NCBI GenBank assembly: GCA_030830875.1
Contig: JAURMD010000058.1
Span: 1 to 34,590 of the forward strand
DNA length: 34,590 nucleotides
Origin: Thermoplasmatota archaeon
GTDB taxonomy: Archaea; Thermoplasmatota; Poseidoniia; Poseidoniales; Poseidoniaceae
Direction of reading: 5' to 3'
Shown: in pieces, positions 11,476-21,200 of the stretch
Numbering within the stretch: position 1 is the stretch's first letter
How the letters are laid out: every line of letters starts with the position of its first letter
Program-made: the position numbers and the translations under genes
The notes under the pieces: model-generated
Databases searched by the model: none
Seen by the model: only the letters and a program-made list of their open reading frames with translations
What the model was told of the DNA's origin: nothing

Positions 11476-14118
11476 TCACGACGACCAACGCGCAGCAACG
11501 AGGCGCAACGAGATTCGAACATCGTCCATCAAGGCCTTGAACGTGCCTCGAAGGAGGTCGGCCCACCCGTCCGAACCTGCAAGGCGGGCTCCGTTCAGGA
11601 TGACGACGATCACCGACATCTCGTGCACAAGGACGCCGACCCACAATTGATCGTACCACCCGTTGATCACTGCGAAGACGAGCACGACGGTCACGCCGAT
11701 GGAGAACATCAGGTTGAATGCTAACGTACGCTGAGCGGATCGTGCCATCTGAACGAGGGTCGAGATCATCCGGGGATCATCGCCGGGGATGAGCACGTCC
11801 GCCGCATCGAGGTTGACTTGTTCCCCTGTGCCGACCGCTACCCCGACGTCTGCCCTTGCGAGGGCTCCAGCATCGTTGAAGCCGTCACCTACCATCATGG
11901 TGACGTGGGTCTGACCACGCTCTTCCACGAAGCGAACCTTTTGTTCAGGAGATAGTCCGCCGTGCGCCGCTCCCGCCGGCATTCCAACTTTCTTCGCAAA
12001 AGCGTCGACGGCCGATTGGAGGTCGCCAGAGAGGATTTCGACGTTCACGCCTTGCCGATACAGCGCCTGAACGAGGCCATCTGCTCCTTCCCGGCCATCG
12101 TCATGAACGAAGGTCAGGAGAGCGTGTGCCTCCGTCCCTCGGCACAGCACGCTCACGCCGTGACCGGATTCGCTCGCTTTCCGAAGGCCCTCTTCTAATT
12201 CGTCGCACAAACTCACGCCCTTCGGCAAGGAATCGGGTCGATGCAAACCCACGTCATCACCGCGGTATCGCCCAACCACGCCAGCGTTCACGTCGCGTAG
12301 GTCACTCACTGTTGTGGGATCGATGCCTTCGGAGGCAAGCAGGTCCTGTACGGCCAGCGCATAGGGATGCGACGAGCCCGCTTCCAATCCACCTACGAGG
12401 CGAAGCACGGCCTCACGTCGCCTTCCCTTCGCAAGGTGGACTTCGCCTACGGTTGGCCTTCCGCTCGTCAACGTCCCTGTTTTGTCCAGCAGCACGTGGT
12501 CCACCTTGGCCATCCGTTCCATCGCCTGTCCACCGGTCACAATGGCGCCGAGATGCGCAGACCGGGCGAGCACGGCGGCGTGCGGCACAGGCGCAGCCAG
12601 CAGCAACGCACAGGGGCAGGCAACCACCCAAAGCAGGAGCATCAATTTCCAGTTCGTGCGGTCGACGAACCACCAGATGGCGACGCTTCCGAACAGCACC
12701 AGGGGGACCCAGATGGCGGTGAAGCGCTCGATGGACCCTTGCAGTCGAGGTGGCTCCTCTCGGAAGGTGTGCACGGCCTCAATGAGGCCAGCGAGACGGG
12801 TGCCGTCTCCCGTTGCTGTCACCTCAACCTCGACGGGACCCCTGTGGAGCACAAGTCCGGCGCTGAGGTCATCGCCAACCTGAACGTCGACAGGCACGGA
12901 TTCGCCCGTCAGTGGTGCCGTGTCAAGGCTCCCGCTACCTTCGACAATCCGACCGTCGGCTGGGATCAACTCACCAGAGCGAATCTGGAGCCGGTCCCCG
13001 ACACGCACCGCATCGATGGGAACGTCTTCCCAGTCATGAGGGGAAGCAAGGTGAGGCGTCGTCATGGTGGGGGCGGATTCCGTAGCGAGCGTGAGCCGAA
13101 CGCCCTTCCCGATGCGCTTGGGCGGGGCCGTCGACCGCCGCGCCGTTCGTGGAAGGCGGTCGAGGCCCCCTTGCATGGCTTCGCGGGCACGAACAAGGGC
13201 ATCCCCCTCGAGGTGTTGGGTGAACGCCACAAGAATCACAACGATGAGCGCCTCTTCCCACATCCCGAGGATGACCGCCCCGAACACAGCCAACGAGGTC
13301 AGCACCTGAAATCCGACCTGACGTTGACGAAGCCCTGCAACGGCCTCAGACACCATTTCAGCACCTCCTGCTACGACCCCCATCAACGAAACAACAGCCA
13401 CGAACAGCGGACCTGCTCCCACCGCCTCTAGCAAGAGCACCAACGGAAGGATCAACGTCGCGACCGTGCCTCCTACGAGGCGCCGCTGGTCGGGGCGAAG
13501 GCGCTCTGAAGACGTCGCCCGATACACAGCAGAACGCCCAAGCAAACGGCTGATTGCTTCGTCTCGGTCACGGATGAGACCGGAGGGGGCGTCAGGCACG
13601 AGTTGGAGCAGCACACGATCATCGCGCGTCACCTCTGCGTCGAGCACTCCGGGTTGACGACGAAGCAAACGATCGACTCGGGACACGGGAATTCCGTGCC
13701 TGGTCGCCAATTCCCGTGCGGATACACCCTTCAACTCCTGATGCCTCACGTCAGGCGCGTGCCCAAGCGACCTCAGCACACGAGCAACCTCAGCCACCGA
13801 GCCAAGAGCGAGGTCGACCTCAACCCGAACTTCACCGCTTGTCGGAGAAACGATGGTGGACCCCACCTGCTCAAGGTGTCCGAGTGCGCGCGTAGCTTTG
13901 GAGGCGCAATCGGGACAATCCATACCGACCAGAGGCCATGCCATGATGTGGGTGCCCGATGCGTCGAGCAAAATTTCAGCGTCCAGCACGTCCATGGGAA
14001 CGGATGGCGTTTCGCTCGGTGCGCTGGATACGGCATGGGGAGCAAGAGAAGGCCCAGGTTCAATCGCCGGGCCGGTGGACGTTCCAATGGCGATGAAGAC
14101 CTCGTTTTCCTCGCCCAT
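11476..14118 (-). CDS. P1B-type heavy-metal-translocating P-type ATPase
   Basis: It has an N-terminal HMA domain GMDCPDCASKATRAL, a TM CPC motif (VVACPCALLLA), the phosphorylation site DKTGTLT, the SSHPYA (HP) motif and the hinge MVGDGFNDAGALARADVGVAVG. Confidence 0.92.
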   Translation of the reverse strand: MGEENEVFIAIGTSTGPAIEPGPSLAPHAVSSAPSETPSVPMDVLDAEILLDASGTHIMAWPLVGMDCPDCASKATRALGHLEQVGSTIVSPTSGEVRVEVDLALGSVAEVARVLRSLGHAPDVRHQELKGVSARELATRHGIPVSRVDRLLRRQPGVLDAEVTRDDRVLLQLVPDAPSGLIRDRDEAISRLLGRSAVYRATSSERLRPDQRRLVGGTVATLILPLVLLLEAVGAGPLFVAVVSLMGVVAGGAEMVSEAVAGLRQRQVGFQVLTSLAVFGAVILGMWEEALIVVILVAFTQHLEGDALVRAREAMQGGLDRLPRTARRSTAPPKRIGKGVRLTLATESAPTMTTPHLASPHDWEDVPIDAVRVGDRLQIRSGELIPADGRIVEGSGSLDTAPLTGESVPVDVQVGDDLSAGLVLHRGPVEVEVTATGDGTRLAGLIEAVHTFREEPPRLQGSIERFTAIWVPLVLFGSVAIWWFVDRTNWKLMLLLWVVACPCALLLAAPVPHAAVLARSAHLGAIVTGGQAMERMAKVDHVLLDKTGTLTSGRPTVGEVHLAKGRRREAVLRLVGGLEAGSSHPYALAVQDLLASEGIDPTTVSDLRDVNAGVVGRYRGDDVGLHRPDSLPKGVSLCDELEEGLRKASESGHGVSVLCRGTEAHALLTFVHDDGREGADGLVQALYRQGVNVEILSGDLQSAVDAFAKKVGMPAGAAHGGLSPEQKVRFVEERGQTHVTMMVGDGFNDAGALARADVGVAVGTGEQVNLDAADVLIPGDDPRMISTLVQMARSAQRTLAFNLMFSIGVTVVLVFAVINGWYDQLWVGVLVHEMSVIVVILNGARLAGSDGWADLLRGTFKALMDDVRISLRLVAARWSS

Positions 14119-14214
14119 GCCTTCTCCTTCCGTTCGGGCCTCATCAATACTCGCTCAACCGTGATGAGTCAACGGCACCGAAGGGGCCAAGGAGGACCGG
14201 TGTAAGGTGAGTCC

Positions 14215-14928
14215 ATGAAGTGGCTCCCGGACGGTTGGGTTCCACGCCTCGTCGCCGTCGACATTGATGGCACGTTGACCGATGAACAGAAGCGACTCGA
14301 TTTATCTGCAGTAGCGGCGTTGCGTGACCTCGAGGCGGCGGGCATTCCCGTTGTGCTGTGTACCGGGAACACCCGAGCCATTGCCTACGGGCTTTGGCGC
14401 TTCATCGGGCTCAGCGGTCCAATGGTCTGCGAGAACGGCGGCGTGGTGTGGTTCAGCGACGACGACGTCGTGCTGCGCGCTGATGCAGGTGAAGCACGCG
14501 AGGCGTGCGAGTGGCTGTCCTCACGCATCGATGGTCTCGACCCGGCTGGAATCACAACCAACGCATGGCGCGAATCGGAATGGTGCCTCAAAACGGAAGA
14601 AGACGTTGATGCCATCACAACGGCGTTGAAGACCTCGCCATGGCCTCACCTCCAAGTGGTTCGAACAGGGTTCGCTATTCACGTGATGGATCCTTGCCTG
14701 TCGAAGGGGGCGGGCTTGGAGGTTGTGCTTGAGCGGCTCGGACTTCAGGCCGAAGACCTCCTCGTCGCTGGAGATGCTCCGAATGACCTCTCCATGTTCG
14801 CGTTGGCACGCTGGTCCGTCGCCGTCGGCGGTGCGTTCCCCCAAGTGCAAGCTGCCGCCTCCGTGGTTTCTCCCCATCTGCATGGCTCAACCTTCTCGCC
14901 GCTGGTGGCGGAGATCTTGGCGCAGTGA
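14215..14928 (+). CDS. HAD-superfamily phosphatase, archaeal phosphoglycolate-phosphatase-like (Cof/IIB type)
   Basis: Motifs VAVDIDGTLTD (motif I), LCTGN, ENGG and GDAPNDLSMF (motif IV) are present. The size of about 237 aa fits. It is transcribed divergently from the ATPase. Confidence 0.8.
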   Translation: MKWLPDGWVPRLVAVDIDGTLTDEQKRLDLSAVAALRDLEAAGIPVVLCTGNTRAIAYGLWRFIGLSGPMVCENGGVVWFSDDDVVLRADAGEAREACEWLSSRIDGLDPAGITTNAWRESEWCLKTEEDVDAITTALKTSPWPHLQVVRTGFAIHVMDPCLSKGAGLEVVLERLGLQAEDLLVAGDAPNDLSMFALARWSVAVGGAFPQVQAAASVVSPHLHGSTFSPLVAEILAQ

Positions 14929-14977
14929 TGCCCGAGGGGTGACTTGATAACGCATCGGCACCGCCCCCGGCTCGCAC

Positions 14978-15061
14978 GCGGGGATCGCCAAGCTTGGTCA
15001 ACGGCGCTGCGTTCAGGTCGCAGTCCTCAACGGTTCGCAGGTTCGAATCCTGCTCCCCGCA
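14978..15061 (+). tRNA. tRNA-Leu (anticodon CAG), class II with long variable arm
   Basis: The hand fold gives acceptor GCGGGGA/TCCCCGC, D stem GCC/GGC, anticodon stem CTGCG/CGCAG, loop TTCAGGT (CAG, G37), a 13-nt variable arm, T arm GCAGG-TTCGAAT-CCTGC and discriminator A. A TATA-like TTGATAA sits at 14944-14950. Confidence 0.85.
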
Positions 15062-15141
15062 CTCCCTGAACTTCAGAGCCTCTTCGCAGGCTCGATACCT
15101 CTCCTCCGACGAACGTGCTCCCGCTCACCTCACGCGATAGG

Positions 15142-15223
15142 TGCCGGGAGCAGGATTCGAACCTGCGAAGGCGTAGCCAGCGGATCTTGAGTCCGACCCC
15201 TTTGACCGCTCGGGAATCCCGGC
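15142..15223 (-). tRNA. tRNA-Leu (anticodon CAA), class II with long variable arm
   Basis: The reverse complement folds with acceptor GCCGGGA/TCCCGGC, D stem CCC/GGG and anticodon loop CTCAAGA (CAA, G37). The variable arm is GGC-TAC-GCC and the T arm is GCAGG-TTCGAAT-CCTGC. There is one U:C mismatch at the top of the anticodon stem. Confidence 0.8.
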
Positions 15224-15250
15224 CCGTTCCTGCGGTAGACCACCTCGTTT

Positions 15251-18200
15251 TCATTCTTCCTCGGAGAACGGAGGTGGCGCTGGTCGAGATGGCGGGGTGT
15301 CCGATGGGCGTTGAGCGTTGGCGAGCCAGAGGCTGACCACCGCCAGCACGACCGCGATCGCCCCAAGCCCTACCCATGCAGCGCCTTGCCCTTCGCGGGA
15401 GGTGGAGGCTACGGACACGTCAGCCAATGGAACCGGAACGTCAACGGCACCGACATCGAGCGTCATTCGAAGGCCAAGGTCGCCTTCACGCCACGCTTCC
15501 GCACTCCAAACCAGACGCTGGCGCTCGCCCGGTTCCAACCAGACTGAAGCCTCATTGAGCAACTGACCATCGTCGTCAAACATGCGGACGGTCACGTTTC
15601 CTGCCAGCACGCCTGCATTTGCCACTTCGAAGGCCACATCGATCATATCACCGACCTGAGGCCGGTAGGGTGCGGCCACCAGGGAACTCAAGACCGGTTC
15701 AAACGCCACCCAACGCATCGTAACAGGAATCGGTTCAATGGATGTACCTTGCCCGACAAGGGGCCTTCCTGAGGCATCGGCCGCACTGAACCATAGCTGC
15801 CATGCATCGCCGCTCCGAAGGTCGAATTCGACGGTGGGGGTCATGTTCAACATCGCAGCGTGACGAGTTGAGGCGCCATCGATGGTGACGAACTCAAGCG
15901 CTTGGAATCCCTTCGCTGCGTCCATCGCCCGTCCCTGCCGAAGCAAGACCCAATGGGCGACCACGCCTTCAACAATGAGGGACTCGATGTCCGTGACCGT
16001 CACCTCCACGGGGACGGCATCGAGGGCATCGCTGTCCACAGCGAGCGACCGGACACCACCTAGGTCAAGACGAGGGGCGTGTACATCGATGCTGACGTTC
16101 CACGACAAGGTCAGGTTGCCAAAGGACCATCCGTCGATCATCACCTCAAACTGGCCCGTGGTTCGAACCCATACGGAAGGGTCGAAGGCGATTCGGAGTT
16201 CTGGAGTTCCATCATCAGGTACGTCGATACTTCCGCCAGTTACCCGGGCGCCATCGGTCATCGACCATTCAAGGTTCACTGCACCAGGCAATTTCTGGGC
16301 TGGGAGCGTCGTCCCCTCATGGAACAGAGCCAAGCGAACATTCACCACATCACCTCGGTCGACATGGATCACGTCCTGCACAACGCCACCTGTCGGTGCG
16401 GTCGTGTCCACGATGTCCTCCAAGGAGAGCGTCACTTCGGGTCGGGCAGTCCATGCGAGTGGGGCAATTCGGCGCAAACCAAGGCCGAGGTCCTGCCCTT
16501 CGTCTCGCACCTGCAGGGACGGCTGGAAGGTGCCGTCCTCCAACCCGGCGACGAGGTCCCAACGAAGACGGAAGCCGACTTCAACCTCCCATGTCGAAGG
16601 ACGGGTCTGCAGGATGGTGACGTCGGGAGCTCCATGGAAGCAACCCGCATCGGCAGTCGTTTCGTTCGCTCGAGGGCGATGCACAACGACGCAGGATGCT
16701 TCATCGGCCCCAAGAAGGCCGAATTCGAAAGCATCGAGGCTTTCGATTCCGTTGGCGTCCACGAGGTCGAATCCAAAGACGTGCCTTGAGCCGGGGAAGA
16801 GGCGCCCGTTCACCGAATCCATTCGAAGGCGCTCGGTCGGCACCGACGTGGGGTACCGAGGTTCAAGACGCACTTCTGCAAGAGGGAGACCTGTTTTGCT
16901 GCCACCTCCGACGAGGGCTTGTCCTGCGATGTCTTCGCCGTTCACGACGAGACGGATTCGGCCAAGTGCACCGCCGTCCTCGATGACGTCTTCCGCGTCA
17001 ATCAACGGCAAGTCGAGTTCCACGACGGTGCGGCCTTCGGCGACGGGAACAACAACCGCAACCCACTCATTCTCGTCGCTCAATCCATCCCTGTTGGCGT
17101 CGTCCCTCGCCTCAAGCCACGTCCATACCGTCAGGGGTGAAGCGAATCCAAGATCGTCCTCCGCCATCAACACCAGCGCGACGTCGCTGTCCGCTGGCGC
17201 GACGTGCCCATCTGCAGGTTGGCGACCTCCCGGGTCAAGCACTTCAACGGACATCAACGTTGGAGGCGAAGCGTCATGCACGAGGGTGACGTTGGGCACT
17301 TGGCCGCGCAATTCGCACGTCAACGAAGGTGAGGCAATCGGCCCACAACGCTGCACTTCAATGCCAACCTGGAGGGAGGCGCCTCCAGCCACAGCAGTGG
17401 CTGCAGGAGACGTCAGGTTGGCGGTGAACCAACCCTCATCTTGCACGTCCACCGTCGAGCTGTCGCTCCACCCGCTTCCTTCGAGACGAACGAGAAGGCT
17501 CGCATCGTGGGCAGAAGGGAAGCGCTGAGCCAATCCTTCCATCCGGAGTCGACCCGTCACAGTGAGCGGTGTTTCAGGGGCCACTTCGAACGGCCACAAG
17601 GGCGAAGTCCAATCATGCAGTTGGCGCCCTCTGTCGTCCACCACGATGAGCACGTCAACCTCGAGGTCGTTTTCGACGTCGTTTCCGGTGACCGTCATTG
17701 AACGCTGCACCGGACCGGTGGCGAAACCGTCCTCATCCTGAGCCTCGGTCCACCAGATCAACTTCGCCACGTCATCAAAGGCCCAGGTGGAGGTCAACCG
17801 CCACTCGATCCGGCATGACGTTCTGTCGCACGACGAGGTGGACGTGGCCTCGAGTGCAGCGAAGCCTGCCCCTGCGTCCTGCCTGAAGACTGGCGTTGCC
17901 TCGTTCAGACGTTCCACATGAACGGTGCCGACCGCCGTTCCAACGTTGGGCCCAAAACTGAGCATCGCGGTGCGAAGGGCAGGCACCGAGGCGGCAGCAT
18001 CGCGTGGATCTTCCCGTCGATGCTCAGTGACCACCGTCACCGTTTGACCGGGGGTCCAACTTGTGACCGGTACCGCCACAATCTGTTCGTACAATCGGCT
18101 TTGGCTCTCAAGGTGGAGCGCGACGTCCACAGCACCTCGGTCGGTGCTGACCCACAGTTCAAGCGAATGCTGGGCCGATGGGAGAAGGGAACGCCTCGCC

Positions 18201-21200
18201 TCGATGGCCGCATCCACAACATCCAACGGAACTGGAATGTCCCGGGAGTCTGAAGCGTCCAGTGAAAGAAGGGCCGATGCCCCTACAATGCTGGCTGTGG
18301 TAGGCGACAGAGCGATGGTGCATTGTCGCGCACCGGCATGAGGCGCATTGACTGCTTGGATGCACTGCGCTGTTCCATCCACCAACACGGTCCCGTTCCG
18401 CATGGCTGTCATTGAACGCGAACCAAGGTGGTCCTCCACCTCCAACGTTGCGCCCTCACTGCTGAGATGGACCAAGGTTCTGTACGGTACCAACACGGCG
18501 TTTGATGACGGTGCTGCGTGCACCCACCACGCCAGAGCCACCGCTTCGGCATCGAGCTCCGATGAGGTCAACGTGTCCGAGGAGCCGTTCCACAGGAGGG
18601 ACGCGTCGGTCGCGTTGATGACGGCCGTGTACATCGTGGAGGCTCCCAAGTGCGGCCCATACCCAAGCGTGGTCGCGTCCAACAAAAGGTGGCTTTGGGC
18701 ATCGATACCGACTCGGAGCTCTTCAGCGGAGGCAAGGCAATCGACCTCCATTCGAACCTCACGAAGGGCATCGCCGGGAGCGAGGCGAGCGGCGACCGTA
18801 GGTCGAAGACGTAGGTCACTCCATGCCACATCGTAAACGCGCATGTCCGTTCCGTTGACCACGAGCGTTTCGACGCCACCGAAGGTCTGCAACGCACCTC
18901 CAACACCTTCGACAACAACACGCACAGCACGATGCGGGCAACGTGGATGCTCAAGGAAGTCGATGTCATGGTAGGCTCCGATGCCCAACGTCAGTCTCCC
19001 GTCCTGCGTGACCACCACAGCCGAAGGGGGATTTGTTCCAAGGTGCTGAGCGTCAATATGAACCACGCTACCGATGGTCAACCGCTCAAGGATGGGCGTG
19101 GTTTTCTCGTCAGCAGTGGTCATGTTCACACGCAGTTGCAACCATGGATAGGCCTGCGTGCCGAGGGTCACATGGACCGGGAGGCTGAGGTTCTGCCATC
19201 CTTCAATGTCGGCACCGGTAGCATCGAGGAGGTCGACACGTAACGTCGAAGAAGGGGGTATGCTGGCGTGCCCGTCGAGAACGCCCCAAAGGTCACCAAC
19301 AGGAGCACGAAGCAGGGACGAGCGCCACGTGCCTTGCTCAAGGAATCGGTCCACCTCGACGCCGACGTCGTCGAGGTACCATCCATCCTTTTCGATCCAC
19401 GTGTCGGAGAAGAACACGAAACGTGCTCGGAAATCTTGACCAGAGAGGTTGGAGACGTCCAGGGACGGTGCGTCAAAGGCCTGGCTTCGTGATGGGCAAC
19501 CACCAGAATGAATCGAACCATCAAAGAGCCCCTGGGTGTGGAGCGGTGAATAGGGGTTCAGGGTTGAACGGCCGTGGTGAAAAAGGGCGTTGTATGGAGG
19601 AAACCACCAGGTTGCCCCGTCGTCAATGGACAACTGCACAGCGCCTCCGTCCCAATCCGTTTCGGTGCAGACCCACGACCTGAAGGTGAACCGTGCACTC
19701 GCGTTCTCCGGGAGGCTGTAGGTCGGGGTGATAAGGTAGCCGAGGCTTTCCGCGGCATAGTCGCCGTCAAGCACGATGCCAACGCCTGAAGACCCGGATG
19801 CCCACGACATCGGACCTGACCCGGACGTTGTGTTGAGGCTGCCAACGGTCCATCCTGAACCACGGACGTGTTCAATCGACCAACCCCGAGGCACCATTTG
19901 ACCAGATTCGAACGAAGCGTTCCACCAGGTCGGGCCATGGGCACCGAGGGCGGTGGTCCACGTCCACTCGTTCGTCACGTTTCCTCCGCTGAGGTTGAAC
20001 CCAACGCCAAGCACAGGGGGAGATGTGAAGTTGCTCAGCCGACGCACGGTTTGGTTGGCTTGACCGGGGAGGGAGGTCACCTGAAGGTTGTCAATGGCCA
20101 TCCCCTCCCATCCGTCCGTCACACCTCCACCATGGTTCACGTTGGCATCGGTCAGGACACGGAAGGCAAGGATGGCGTTTGATGCGTTGGCCGAGGTAAA
20201 GGTCGCTGGAGGAAGGCTGTACGCGATGTCCACCCATTCGTTGGAGACTTGACTCAGCCAGGATCCTTGCCATACGAGACCATTCCCCGGAAGGCCTGGC
20301 GCCGCTGAAAGCAACGTCCAATTGGACCCTCCGTCAAGGCTCAGCAGGGTGGTCATGCCATCGTTCCAGCCACCCTCAAGGTCCCAATGTGCCAGAAATC
20401 CAACCTCTGCCGGAGCGGTGAGGTTGGACAGGTCGACATCCATGAGGAGCCAGCCGTCCGCGTTCGGGGCATAGTCCCCTGACAGATTGCCGTGAAACCA
20501 TGCACCGCTGGGGTCTCCTTGGTTGCTGATCCGAACATCGTCGAGGAGCCATGCGGACCTGTTTCCACTCGTGACTGAGGTTGCGAAACAAAATCGAAGT
20601 TGATACCATGACTCTCCACCGGTGAGCCGACCGTCCAATCGAAGGCTCTCCGAGACCCACGCCGAGGAGTCTGACGTCCAGCCAGCGGCCACCGTCGAAG
20701 GGTCAGGATCAAGGCCGTTGGCAAAGGTCCCATTGTTGAGGTCAGGGTAACCGTCGGTCGGAGGCAACACCAGCCATCCGGTGCTCTGGCTGGAGCGCCA
20801 TTCCATCCAACGAAGGTCGCCATCGAGCAAGTCGGCGGCGTGAGAGAACGAGACAGTATGGTTTCGAACCACGGCTGGGGCATCGATCTGAGGCGTGGCA
20901 TAGCACCCTGACATGTTGGCAACAAGTGGAACTTGACCGCCACCAAGCAAAAGAACCCGATCACCATCAATTGGCAAACTTGGAAGCGATGCTGCCACCG
21001 ATGAAGCGCTCAGGTTGTGGGACGACCACACCCGGTCGTGGGAGCCACCGGTCAACCATCCCGTCGGCATCAACACAGGTGTTTCGAAATCCTCCATGTC
21101 TTCGTCTGCACCCGGGGAAGCGAGGCTGAGTCGACCGCCTCGCAACAATCCATTGGTGGCTTCATGAAAGCCTGAAGAGAAACCGTTGCCGACATCGTTC

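Noticed and set aside
12367-13431. A 354-aa + strand ORF, along with those at 12126-12722 and 13603-14205.
   Set aside because: They are antisense to the P1B ATPase, which carries all diagnostic motifs (DKTGTLT, CPC, GDGxND).
14161-14167. A C-box-like GUGAUGA in the ATPase/HAD divergent spacer, suggesting a C/D box sRNA.
   Set aside because: There is no CUGA D box within the next ~70 nt on that strand, no C'/D' pair and no terminal stem.
15037-15166. A 21-nt perfect inverted repeat (GCAGGTTCGAATCCTGCTCCC) that looks like the terminal inverted repeats of a small mobile element.
   Set aside because: It is fully explained by the identical T arms and acceptor 3' strands of the two convergent tRNA-Leu genes.
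15882-17528. A 548-aa + strand ORF, along with several other 60-240-aa ORFs between 15300 and 21450.
   Set aside because: All are antisense or out of frame relative to the uninterrupted 2075-aa minus-strand frame, which has a signal peptide, a TM anchor and recognisable modules. Their translations are S/R/P/T-rich with no motifs.
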